Source of the DNA: Bacilli bacterium
GTDB taxonomy: Bacteria; Bacillota_I; Bacilli_A; ML615J-28; CAG-698
Direction: 5' to 3'
DNA: 64,000 bases
Assembly: GCA_050953065.1 (NCBI GenBank)
Contig: JBMNLZ010000002.1
Span: 575,748-639,747 of the forward strand
In this document: positions 1 through 8,636 of the stretch, one piece after another
How the letters are laid out: each line of letters opens with the position of its first letter
Position numbering within the stretch: position 1 is the stretch's first letter
Made by a program: the position numbers and the translations under genes
Notes under the pieces: model-generated
Seen by the model: the letters and a program-made list of their open reading frames with translations, nothing else
The model's database searches: none
Told to the model about the DNA's origin: nothing

Positions 1-66
1 AGATATGAAGAAGTTAGAGACGATAGTTTAGTATCAAGAATAATTAACGAATATAAAAAACAATAA
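1..66 (+). CDS. 3' end of an upstream CDS (partial, unidentified)
   Basis: Frame 1 open (RYEEVRDDSLVSRIINEYKKQ*) to TAA at 64-66, followed by a terminator. Confidence 0.55.
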   Translation, partial: RYEEVRDDSLVSRIINEYKKQ

Positions 67-72
67 GGATAT

Positions 73-96
73 GGGCTAATTTATTAGCCCTTTTTT
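73..96 (+). terminator. Intrinsic terminator
   Basis: GGGCTAAT-tt-ATTAGCCC followed by T6. Confidence 0.8.
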
Positions 97-102
97 AAAA
101 TA

Positions 103-957
103 ATGATTATAAAATATATTGTAGAAGACGAAAATGTTTTAATAAAAGATTATTTAAAAAATAAAAATCTTTTAAGTAATTTTTTAAAAAAAGTTAAGTT
201 GTATGGTGAATTTAGAATAAATCAAGAAATTGCTAAAAATTATTATCCTTTAAAAAAAGGCGATGTTTTAGAACTATTTTTAAAAGAAGAATTAAATCAA
301 GAGATTGAAGCTAAAAAAATTGATTTTAAAATAGTGTATGAAGATGAGTTTTTAATGGTAATTTCAAAACCGCGAAATCTTGCATGTATGCCAACAAGAA
401 AACATTTTACTGATAATGTTGTTAGTGCAATAAAATACCATTTTCTAGAAAATGGTATTACTAGTAATATTCATATTGTAAATAGGTTAGATTTTTCTAC
501 ATCAGGTTTGATGATAGTTGCCAAACACGGTTTTATTCATAATGCACTAAAACAAAACGATATAACTAGAAAATATATTGCTTTAGTAGAAGGCCTTGTT
601 TTACCTAAAAAAGGAATTATAGATTTACCAATTGATAGAAGTGCTGAAATGAGTATAAAAAGGGAAATCACTGAAAAGGGTAAAAAAGCAATTACTGAAT
701 ATGTAGTATTAAAAGAATTTGATAATATGTCTTGTTTGCTTTTGAAACTATATACTGGAAGAACACACCAAATAAGGCTTCATCTATCACATTTAGGTTT
801 TCCAATAATTGGTGATGGTTTATATGGCAGCAAAGCAGGAGAGTTAAAGCTTCATTGTTGCTATTTAGAATTTACTCATCCAGTTTTAAATAAAAAAATT
901 AGTCTAGAAGAAAATCCAGATTGGTATCAGTTAAAGATTGAACACACATTAATATGA
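103..957 (+). CDS. RluA-family pseudouridine synthase
   Basis: Motifs VYEDEFLMVISKP, NRLDFSTSG (catalytic Asp), TGRTHQIRLH, PIIGDGLYG. Confidence 0.92.
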   Translation: MIIKYIVEDENVLIKDYLKNKNLLSNFLKKVKLYGEFRINQEIAKNYYPLKKGDVLELFLKEELNQEIEAKKIDFKIVYEDEFLMVISKPRNLACMPTRKHFTDNVVSAIKYHFLENGITSNIHIVNRLDFSTSGLMIVAKHGFIHNALKQNDITRKYIALVEGLVLPKKGIIDLPIDRSAEMSIKREITEKGKKAITEYVVLKEFDNMSCLLLKLYTGRTHQIRLHLSHLGFPIIGDGLYGSKAGELKLHCCYLEFTHPVLNKKISLEENPDWYQLKIEHTLI

Positions 958-967
958 AAACTTTAGA

Positions 968-996
968 TTGAAAAAGCAGTAATTTTTTCATATAAT
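968..996 (+). promoter_or_regulatory. SigA-type promoter of the 1017-5462 operon
   Basis: TTGAAA-17 nt-TATAAT. Confidence 0.7.
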
Positions 997-1016
997 AATA
1001 TAGTAGGTAGATAGAT

Positions 1017-2171
1017 ATGAAAAGAAAAACCTTTGTTTTAATAATAATAATCCTAATGATAAATCTTGTCGCAATAGGTGCAAATAGTACTTATTTATCT
1101 TATGATGTTACTATTGAAGCATATTTTGATGAAGATAACCACATAGTGATTGAAAATTTAGATGTTAAATATAAAACAAATGTTGCTTTGATGGAAAACT
1201 GCGCTTTAGGATTTACTAATTATAGTTTTAAATATTGGTTAATTGATAATTATATCACATCAGAACAAATTAATTATAGAATTGAGATTACTAAAGACAC
1301 TAAAGCAACTGCTATATATAAGCCCAATGATAAAATTGTAGTTGTTTTTGTTGATGACAACAACTATGTATTAAAGGTAAGTTATTATAATAGTGGAGAT
1401 GTTCTTGAAGAAGAAAATTATTATGATGAGAGATTATTAAATAAAATTGGATACAGATTCAATGGCTGGTATGTTAATGGTGAGGAGTTAAATGTTACTA
1501 CTTTAACTTCAGATATAATAGTAAAAGCTACTTATAAAATGCTAGATAAAAGGAATCCTTATCGATTAATAGTATTTGATGGTATAATTCCATCAGGTCA
1601 AAATTATTATCCTTTTGGACACCTTGTAACTATCATAGCAAATCCTGATCCAGTGAATAAAGAATTCTTATATTGGGTTGATGAAGTTGGAAATATTATT
1701 TCTCCTAGTCGTAAATTGAAGTTTACAATGATTAAAGATACAAAGCTTACAGCAATATACGGTGATATTGGTACTAGAGTAGAAGAACCTTTTATCAATA
1801 TTAATGTTGTAACAAGTGTAATTGAAGCTAAAAAGATATCATATCTTAATCAATTTTATTTTCCAAATAATAGTAGTTATAAATTTATTGAAGCAGGAAT
1901 GTTAATGATTAGAACTACAGAAAGTATAGATATAAGTTTACTTGAGTTAGATGCTAATTTTAGAACTAAAAACCCAAGAGTTTTAAGAGCAAATGCTGCA
2001 TTAATTTCTCCTACTAATGAATTTATAATGTCTAAAGTTAATGTTGAAGTAGATGATGTTTGGTATGCAAGAAGTTATATTATTTATGAAGAAATGAATG
2101 TTATTAAAATCAAGTATAGTTTGATTATGACAAAAGTAAAAGAAGTAGTAGGAGGCAAAGAAATCCTATGA
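1017..2171 (+). CDS. Secreted/surface protein with InlB-B/Flg_new-like beta repeats
   Basis: N-terminal signal peptide; three modules with FxxW...(T/K)A(I/T)Y (YSFKYW..ATAIY, YRFNGW..VKATY, EFLYW..LTAIY). Confidence 0.6.
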   Translation: MKRKTFVLIIIILMINLVAIGANSTYLSYDVTIEAYFDEDNHIVIENLDVKYKTNVALMENCALGFTNYSFKYWLIDNYITSEQINYRIEITKDTKATAIYKPNDKIVVVFVDDNNYVLKVSYYNSGDVLEEENYYDERLLNKIGYRFNGWYVNGEELNVTTLTSDIIVKATYKMLDKRNPYRLIVFDGIIPSGQNYYPFGHLVTIIANPDPVNKEFLYWVDEVGNIISPSRKLKFTMIKDTKLTAIYGDIGTRVEEPFININVVTSVIEAKKISYLNQFYFPNNSSYKFIEAGMLMIRTTESIDISLLELDANFRTKNPRVLRANAALISPTNEFIMSKVNVEVDDVWYARSYIIYEEMNVIKIKYSLIMTKVKEVVGGKEIL

Positions 2172-3226
2172 AAAAATTTATTTTATTACTTTTAATATTA
2201 TTTACAACTGCTTGTAGTAAAGATGTCATAACAATTATTCTTGATACGCCTACTAATATATCAATTGAGGAACATATAATTTATTGGGATAAGGTTGATA
2301 AAGCTAGCAAATATACTTTAGAGATTAATGGCTTATTATATGATTCTAATAAAAATAGTTTTGATTTAACTCAATTAGGTGAAGGGTCATATTGTTTTAG
2401 AATTAAAGCTAGAAATTCAACTGATACTGATTCAAGTTATTCAGAGTTTTATAATTATACTATAAATAGTTTAACAATAGAATCTCCTAATAATATAAAA
2501 ATAGAAAAGCAATTGTTAAGTTGGGATGAAGTGGCTAATGCAGTTGGTTATAGATTAGTAATCAATAATGAAACTTATAATATTGAAAATAATTATTATG
2601 ATCTTAGTTTACTTGAGCCTACTAATTGTTTTACAATGATAAAAAGTTTATCAAATGAAAGATATAAAGATTCTGATTATTCTTTCATAATATATTTTGA
2701 TAAAACATTTAGTAATGATATAGCTTCTCAAGTTTTGTTTGATAAGGAAAACGAAAAAGATTTAATCTTACCTTATAGTGGAAATTATACAATAACTATG
2801 AATGGTATTGAAATAGAAGAATTAAATTATGAAACTGGAGATAATTTAGTAATTAAAAATACATTTTTAAGAAGTATTACTTCTGAAAATCAAATGTTTA
2901 GAATTTTTAATGCGGAAGCATCGTATCAAGTTACTGTAAATATAATTGATTCTAGAACGCCTTATATAATTTCAGATTATGAGTTTGTTTATGAAAACCA
3001 AGATGTAACTTTAGAATTTAACGTTTTTGATGGTAATTTTGAAGGGCTTTTCGGACACAATATTACTAGTGCTGATTATATGATTGATGATAATAAGATA
3101 ATGATTAAAAAAGAATTTATTGAATCAGTAAATTTAGAGAACATTTTTTTAGCATATAAACTTAAAAATGCTAATAATGTATCTTTTGGATTTATACTAA
3201 TTAGAAATGGAGAAACAAATGAATAA
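2168..3226 (+). CDS. Lipoprotein with two FN3-like repeats and Ig/X2-like C-terminal domains
   Basis: Lipobox-like FTTAC; duplicated P.NI.IE...WD.V..A..Y.L.IN...DL..L module. Confidence 0.65.
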   Translation: MKKFILLLLILFTTACSKDVITIILDTPTNISIEEHIIYWDKVDKASKYTLEINGLLYDSNKNSFDLTQLGEGSYCFRIKARNSTDTDSSYSEFYNYTINSLTIESPNNIKIEKQLLSWDEVANAVGYRLVINNETYNIENNYYDLSLLEPTNCFTMIKSLSNERYKDSDYSFIIYFDKTFSNDIASQVLFDKENEKDLILPYSGNYTITMNGIEIEELNYETGDNLVIKNTFLRSITSENQMFRIFNAEASYQVTVNIIDSRTPYIISDYEFVYENQDVTLEFNVFDGNFEGLFGHNITSADYMIDDNKIMIKKEFIESVNLENIFLAYKLKNANNVSFGFILIRNGETNE

Positions 3227-4628
3227 TAACAATAATAACAGTGGAAGAGAAATTACGATAGAAGATATTCTTGTAAAAATTAAACAAAATTTACTTGTGA
3301 TAATTTTAATATTTGTAGTAGTTATAGGGTTAGGGTTTGCTATTACAAAATTTGCACTTACACCATATTATGAAGGAGTTTGTATAATGAGTGTTGAAAA
3401 TCAAACAATGTCAACAAACACTCCTACTGTTGCTAAGGAGTTAATTGATAGGTTGTCAACTCAAACTAAATACGAAGGCTTTCTTCAAAGCATTAAAGAC
3501 CAAGCGAGTGATGAATATAGCGTAAATAGAAGCATTGGTGCTTTAAGACAATCTATCAGTATTAAAAAAACATCAGCTGATACAATTTTTAGTGTTAATT
3601 ATAAAGACATAGATCCGCTGGTTGCTAAAGATATCTGTAATTTAATGGCTGAAGAAATAAAAGTAAGAGTAAATGAAGAGTTCTCAGATGGTGAGGGCGG
3701 AGCAAGTATGTCTTGGGCATATCAATATGCAACAATAAAAATCGAAAACTTAGCTACTTTGCCATCAAGCCCTGTAAGTCCTAGAACGTCATTAAATGTT
3801 TTTATTAGTTTTGTAGTAGCATTAATTTTAGCATTAGTTTATGTTGTTTTAAAAAGTGTTTTAAGTATGAAGTTTGCTTCTAGTGTTGAAGTAAAAGAGT
3901 TAACGGGTGAAGATGTAATTACTCGCATTATGGGAATAAAAGCACCTAAAAAAGAAGAGGCAGCGAAAAAGTTTGAATTTGTTGTTAAAGAATCTCCTGA
4001 TAGTGTAAATGCTGAAGGCTATAGAAAAATACCATTTAAACTACTTGCTTCAGTAGAAAAAGAATTTAATGTAGTTCAAATTACCTCATCAGTTAAAGGG
4101 GAATTTAAAACAACAACATCAATTAATTTAGCTTATGCTTTAAATGAATTTGAAAATAAGAAAATTTTAATTATAGATATGGATTTAAGAAGACCAGAAA
4201 TTCATAACAAATTTGAACTTGATAACAAAAAAGGAATTTCAAATTATGTTTTGGGTGAGGTTAAATTAGATGAAATTATTCAAAAAACTGCTGATGGCAT
4301 TGACATTATTACAAGTGGTAAGAGAATTGAATTATCACATGTGCTTGTTGCAAATTCAAAAGTAAAAGAAATGATTGATGAATTAAGAAAAAATTACGAT
4401 GTGATAATTCTTGACTGTCCTCCAGTTTTAGCGACTAATGATGCTATGATAATTTCAAAATATGCTGATGAAACTTTATTTGTATTAAATCAAAAGAGAG
4501 TAACTAAAAAAGAAGCAATTGAAGCTCTGAATATTTTAAAATCTAATAATGTTAAAATTGCAGGAATTGTAATGAATAATGTTGTTATGGAGAAAAGAAA
4601 GAGTTATTATTCTTACGATTATAAGTAA
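3219..4628 (+). CDS. Fused polysaccharide co-polymerase / BY tyrosine kinase (CpsC-CpsD, Wzc-like)
   Basis: Two TM helices with PSSPVSP before TM2; Walker A' IDMDLRRP; Walker B ILDCPP; C-terminal Tyr cluster SYYSYDY; Walker A is atypical (GEFKTT). Start moved to ATG 3219 after GGAG. Confidence 0.88.
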   Translation: MNNNNNNSGREITIEDILVKIKQNLLVIILIFVVVIGLGFAITKFALTPYYEGVCIMSVENQTMSTNTPTVAKELIDRLSTQTKYEGFLQSIKDQASDEYSVNRSIGALRQSISIKKTSADTIFSVNYKDIDPLVAKDICNLMAEEIKVRVNEEFSDGEGGASMSWAYQYATIKIENLATLPSSPVSPRTSLNVFISFVVALILALVYVVLKSVLSMKFASSVEVKELTGEDVITRIMGIKAPKKEEAAKKFEFVVKESPDSVNAEGYRKIPFKLLASVEKEFNVVQITSSVKGEFKTTTSINLAYALNEFENKKILIIDMDLRRPEIHNKFELDNKKGISNYVLGEVKLDEIIQKTADGIDIITSGKRIELSHVLVANSKVKEMIDELRKNYDVIILDCPPVLATNDAMIISKYADETLFVLNQKRVTKKEAIEALNILKSNNVKIAGIVMNNVVMEKRKSYYSYDYK

Positions 4629-4655
4629 TTTTTAAAGAAAAGGTAGATTTATTAT

Positions 4656-5462
4656 ATGGCTGATAAAAAAATGATAGTAGTAGACTTAGATGGAACGTTA
4701 GTGACTGGATTTTCAAACTATGATAGAAAGTCATTGAACCTACTTAAAAATCTTGCTTTAAAACATTATGTAATAATTGCAACAGGACGTCCGTTTAGAT
4801 CGAGTGAATTTTATTATAAATATTTGGAATTAAATACTCCTATTATTAATTATAATGGCGCATATGTTCATCATCCAAAAGATTTTAATTTTAAATCAGT
4901 TTCTAAAACAATTTCAAAAGAACATGTTTTTCAAATTATTGAAGATAATTTAGAAAGTTTAAGAAATGTATTTTGTGAAGTAAAAGATGATATCTTCTTA
5001 TGGAAATATGATTTAGAAATAAAACATTATTTGCATTTAGAAGGTGGTTCTTTAACTATTGGAAATTTTAAAGATATTCTCTTTGAAAATCCTAATGGAG
5101 TGATTGTTTTTGTAAAAGAAGGATATCAGCATCAATTAGAAAACTATATTGATAATAAGTTTAAAGGAAAATTAAAATCTAGATTTTGGAAAATCGAAGA
5201 AGATTTTATTGTCTTTGAAGTTTATTCGCCGACTACTAACAAAGGTGAGGGCGTAAAATTAGTTGCAGAATTTTACAATATTAATAGTGATGATATACTA
5301 GCTATTGGTGATGGTCATAATGATATTGAAATGTTAAATATAGCTAAAGTAAAAGTGGCTATGGAAGATTCTCATCCTGAGTTAAAGGCTATTGCCAATT
5401 TCCATACAACAAGTGTAGAAAAAAACGGAGTATATAGATTTTTAAAAAAATATTTTAAATAA
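4656..5462 (+). CDS. Cof-type HAD-IIB hydrolase
   Basis: DLDGTL, ATGRP, INYNGA, GDGHNDIEML. Confidence 0.92.
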   Translation: MADKKMIVVDLDGTLVTGFSNYDRKSLNLLKNLALKHYVIIATGRPFRSSEFYYKYLELNTPIINYNGAYVHHPKDFNFKSVSKTISKEHVFQIIEDNLESLRNVFCEVKDDIFLWKYDLEIKHYLHLEGGSLTIGNFKDILFENPNGVIVFVKEGYQHQLENYIDNKFKGKLKSRFWKIEEDFIVFEVYSPTTNKGEGVKLVAEFYNINSDDILAIGDGHNDIEMLNIAKVKVAMEDSHPELKAIANFHTTSVEKNGVYRFLKKYFK

Positions 5463-5492
5463 AAAAGCAGTTTCTTTTGAGAAACTGCTTTT
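5463..5492. terminator. Bidirectional terminator between convergent genes
   Basis: AAAAGCAGTTTCT / AGAAACTGCTTTT inverted repeat. Confidence 0.85.
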
Positions 5493-5496
5493 ATTT

Positions 5497-7593
5497 TTAT
5501 TTTACAATATCTAAAAAATATTCATCCTTAACTTCAATAATGAGATCCATTATATAAAATACCATTTCAGATCTTTCAAAAATTATTATTTCTAAAGGAT
5601 CTGAGTATGATTCTCCAAGATTATTATAAACTCTTATTTTATAATATGCTTCATAATCTTTAGGAAGTGTAACATCCATATAGCGTAAATATGAAATTTG
5701 ACCGATTGTTGTTGTAATGTTTTGCCATGTAACTTGATTAGAAGAATAGTATACTTCGTATGAAACTTGCCCACCTAATACATTAGTTTTTTCATTCCAG
5801 AATATTCTAACATTCTTACCAAAGCCTTCGGCTCCGTTGTAATAAACATTTTCAACTTCACCTAATGATGAAATAGAACTATCTACAACTGCTTGAGTAG
5901 AGTCTATGGTATTATTAGATCCTAGTGAGTTGGTTCCTGAAACTGGAACAACTCTATAGTTATATTTTAAACCGTGTCTTAAGTTGTCAAAAAATCTTAC
6001 ATCGGGTTCTGATGCAGTGTTTCCAACAACACCTACTACTATATCATCGCCCGGTACGCCACTAACTTCTTCATTACGATAAATAACATATTTACTAGCG
6101 TTGGCCATTTTATTCCATTTTAAGACATATCCACCATTAACAGTAAAAATACCAAGGTTAGTAAGTGGACCAGATAAAACAACTGGTGAAAAAGTTTTTA
6201 ATACTGGTTGAATTGCAGGTTTACTAAGAGCAGTCATCATTTTTTCACCTTGTTGTTGCATCATTGGAGCTGCACTATTTTCATAAATAGCTTTAAGGTT
6301 TTTAAAACTAAAAATTGAAAAACCATCAACATTTTCAAGTGTAGACATAAATTTAAATTGATTTACAACTTCATCAGGATTAGTTGCCCAAGAGAAAGCT
6401 GCGTCTGATAATCTATTGTAATAAAGTCCGATTCCAGCATATAGATTAACATCTTTGTATTTAACAACTTTATTCCACCAAGCCATAAGGTCTGCAAAAG
6501 GAGCTCTATCATGTTCCATTGACCAATATGATTGTGGAATAATATAGTCAATCCATTCATTGTCAATCCATTTTTTTGTATCTGCGTATAAGTAATCTCC
6601 ATAATGTTCTAGTGAGATAGTATATGATCCTATTCCAAGATAATTACCGTTAGCATCATATCCTTGACCAAGAGCAGCTTGATAACTAATTGCACTTCTA
6701 TAAACACCAGTTGGAGAAATTCCTAATTGTACAAATTTTCCATTAGCAGTATTGTAATTGCTTAAAGCAATATGTAAATTTTGAATAAAGATATTTACTT
6801 GTTCTCTTCTCCAATCAGCTTTACTTAAACTGCTAGGGTTATAAGCAGCGTATGTAGAATCATCGTTGATTCCAGCTGCATAGAAGTAATCATCAAAGTG
6901 AATCGCATCAATATCATAATTTTGAACTATTTCCATACATGTATTAACTAAAAAAGTTCTAACATTAGGTAGCCCTGGATTTAAAATAATAGTATCTGAT
7001 CCTGCTAACATATTATCAGCACTACTTGCAGGGTTATTAGGGTAATCCTTATAAGTTACTGCCACTGCACTTAATGGAACTCCAGATGCTGATGATCTAA
7101 CTCTATATGGATTTAACCAAGCATGGAATTCAATACCATTTCTATGACATTCTTCAATTATCCAAGGAAGTGGATCCCAACCTGGATCGATACCAAAGCC
7201 TTTTAGATAACTTGTCCAAGGGTTTAATGCAGAAGCATAGAAAGCATCGTTTAAAGCCCTTACATGATATACCATAACATTTAAATTAAAATAACGCATA
7301 ATTTCAATAACTTTTGAAATTTCAGCTTTATATTGAGCAACACTTTGGAATTTAGCAATATCATTAACGTGAGGTGTTACCCAAACAGCTCTAAATTGAG
7401 CATCTTCTTCAACGTAAGTATCAGGCACTTTAACTTCAATTGAAGTACCTCTATAAACAATATTACCAGATGGGTTAGTTCCATAAGTTTTTGGAATTGA
7501 CACCAAAGTATAGGCATTACTGTTTGGCAAAGCAATAAATGAAATAAGCAGTGTTGCAACGATAAAAATCATAATTTTTTTAAAAAAATTCAT
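5497..7593 (-). CDS. Secreted glycoside hydrolase, GHL10/DUF187 (YddW-like), with C-terminal FN3-like domains
   Basis: FRAVWV, WDPL..IIEECH..GIEFHAWLNPYR, YDIDAIHFDDYFY, GISPTG, IDYIIPQSYW; signal peptide. Confidence 0.85.
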   Translation of the reverse strand: MNFFKKIMIFIVATLLISFIALPNSNAYTLVSIPKTYGTNPSGNIVYRGTSIEVKVPDTYVEEDAQFRAVWVTPHVNDIAKFQSVAQYKAEISKVIEIMRYFNLNVMVYHVRALNDAFYASALNPWTSYLKGFGIDPGWDPLPWIIEECHRNGIEFHAWLNPYRVRSSASGVPLSAVAVTYKDYPNNPASSADNMLAGSDTIILNPGLPNVRTFLVNTCMEIVQNYDIDAIHFDDYFYAAGINDDSTYAAYNPSSLSKADWRREQVNIFIQNLHIALSNYNTANGKFVQLGISPTGVYRSAISYQAALGQGYDANGNYLGIGSYTISLEHYGDYLYADTKKWIDNEWIDYIIPQSYWSMEHDRAPFADLMAWWNKVVKYKDVNLYAGIGLYYNRLSDAAFSWATNPDEVVNQFKFMSTLENVDGFSIFSFKNLKAIYENSAAPMMQQQGEKMMTALSKPAIQPVLKTFSPVVLSGPLTNLGIFTVNGGYVLKWNKMANASKYVIYRNEEVSGVPGDDIVVGVVGNTASEPDVRFFDNLRHGLKYNYRVVPVSGTNSLGSNNTIDSTQAVVDSSISSLGEVENVYYNGAEGFGKNVRIFWNEKTNVLGGQVSYEVYYSSNQVTWQNITTTIGQISYLRYMDVTLPKDYEAYYKIRVYNNLGESYSDPLEIIIFERSEMVFYIMDLIIEVKDEYFLDIVK

Positions 7594-7804
7594 AATTAAA
7601 ATTCTCCTTGTCTTTTAATAGTACTAATACCAATAATAATTATAGCATAAAATAGGCATAATTAAAAGTAAAAATATCAGCGTTTTTTAAAAAGGTAGAT
7701 AATATTAATAAAATTGTAATAAAACTAAAATAAAGAGTTTAAACTAATGTAAAAATGTGGTATAATAAGTAAATGAGTTGAGTATTTATTAAAATGGAGA
7801 TAAT

Positions 7805-8623
7805 ATGGTACTATCTATTTTTGATGCAATAAAAGAATTTATAATAAATTTATTATCAAGTTCCCAGTGGAAAAATATTTTGATTTTATTAGGTGGAATA
7901 ATTACTGGTTTTATTCTATCAGGTGCAATTTATGCATTGATAGTAATTGCTAGTATAAAAAAAGATAAAAAAGAAACAAAAGCTAAAAGAGAAAAACAAA
8001 CTGATCCTTTAAACAGTGAGGAAGAAAAAGTAAGAAAATTAGTAGTTTTTGCAAAAAACGAATTTAAAGAAGATTGTAGTGCTTTGGATTTAAAAGAAAA
8101 GTTTATTGAAGTTAAATATATTACTTTTAGATTGATTGAAGATATTGCTAGAACCTATCATCCAAAATCAAATCACCCATTATATGAATTGTCAGTAGAT
8201 GAATTAATTCTTTTAAATACTTATATAACAAAAAGGGTTGATGAGATTTTTGATAGACCAGCCTTAAGGTTTTTAAGAAAACAAAAAATATCAACTGTTT
8301 TAGATATTATTGATAAAAAAAGAAAAATTGAAGAAAGTAAAGTTAGTAAAATGCTTACTAAGTTTAAAGTTGTTGAAACTTTAAACTTTTCAAGAAAAGT
8401 ATTAAATGTTTTTAATCCAGCATTTTGGGCTAGAAAATTAATCAATGGTGTTACAATCCCAAAAGTTGCTAATAAAGTAGCCTTAACGATTATTGATATA
8501 GTAGCAGATGAAACAAATAAAATTTATAGTAAAAGTGTATTTGGTGTAGAAAAACAAATTGATGCAGATATTTTAGAAAATCCAGATGATATTGAAAAAA
8601 TAATTGAAGAAAATAACCAGTAA
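7805..8623 (+). CDS. Hypothetical membrane-anchored protein
   Basis: 272-aa ORF, GGAG RBS, upstream TGnTATAAT (7758-7766), one N-terminal TM segment. Confidence 0.7.
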   Translation: MVLSIFDAIKEFIINLLSSSQWKNILILLGGIITGFILSGAIYALIVIASIKKDKKETKAKREKQTDPLNSEEEKVRKLVVFAKNEFKEDCSALDLKEKFIEVKYITFRLIEDIARTYHPKSNHPLYELSVDELILLNTYITKRVDEIFDRPALRFLRKQKISTVLDIIDKKRKIEESKVSKMLTKFKVVETLNFSRKVLNVFNPAFWARKLINGVTIPKVANKVALTIIDIVADETNKIYSKSVFGVEKQIDADILENPDDIEKIIEENNQ

Positions 8624-8636
8624 GAAGAGGTAAGAT

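Noticed and set aside
3222-3240. Poly-Asn (AAT/AAC) run as a phase-variation tract
   Set aside because: Mixed triplet codons; length changes would stay in frame
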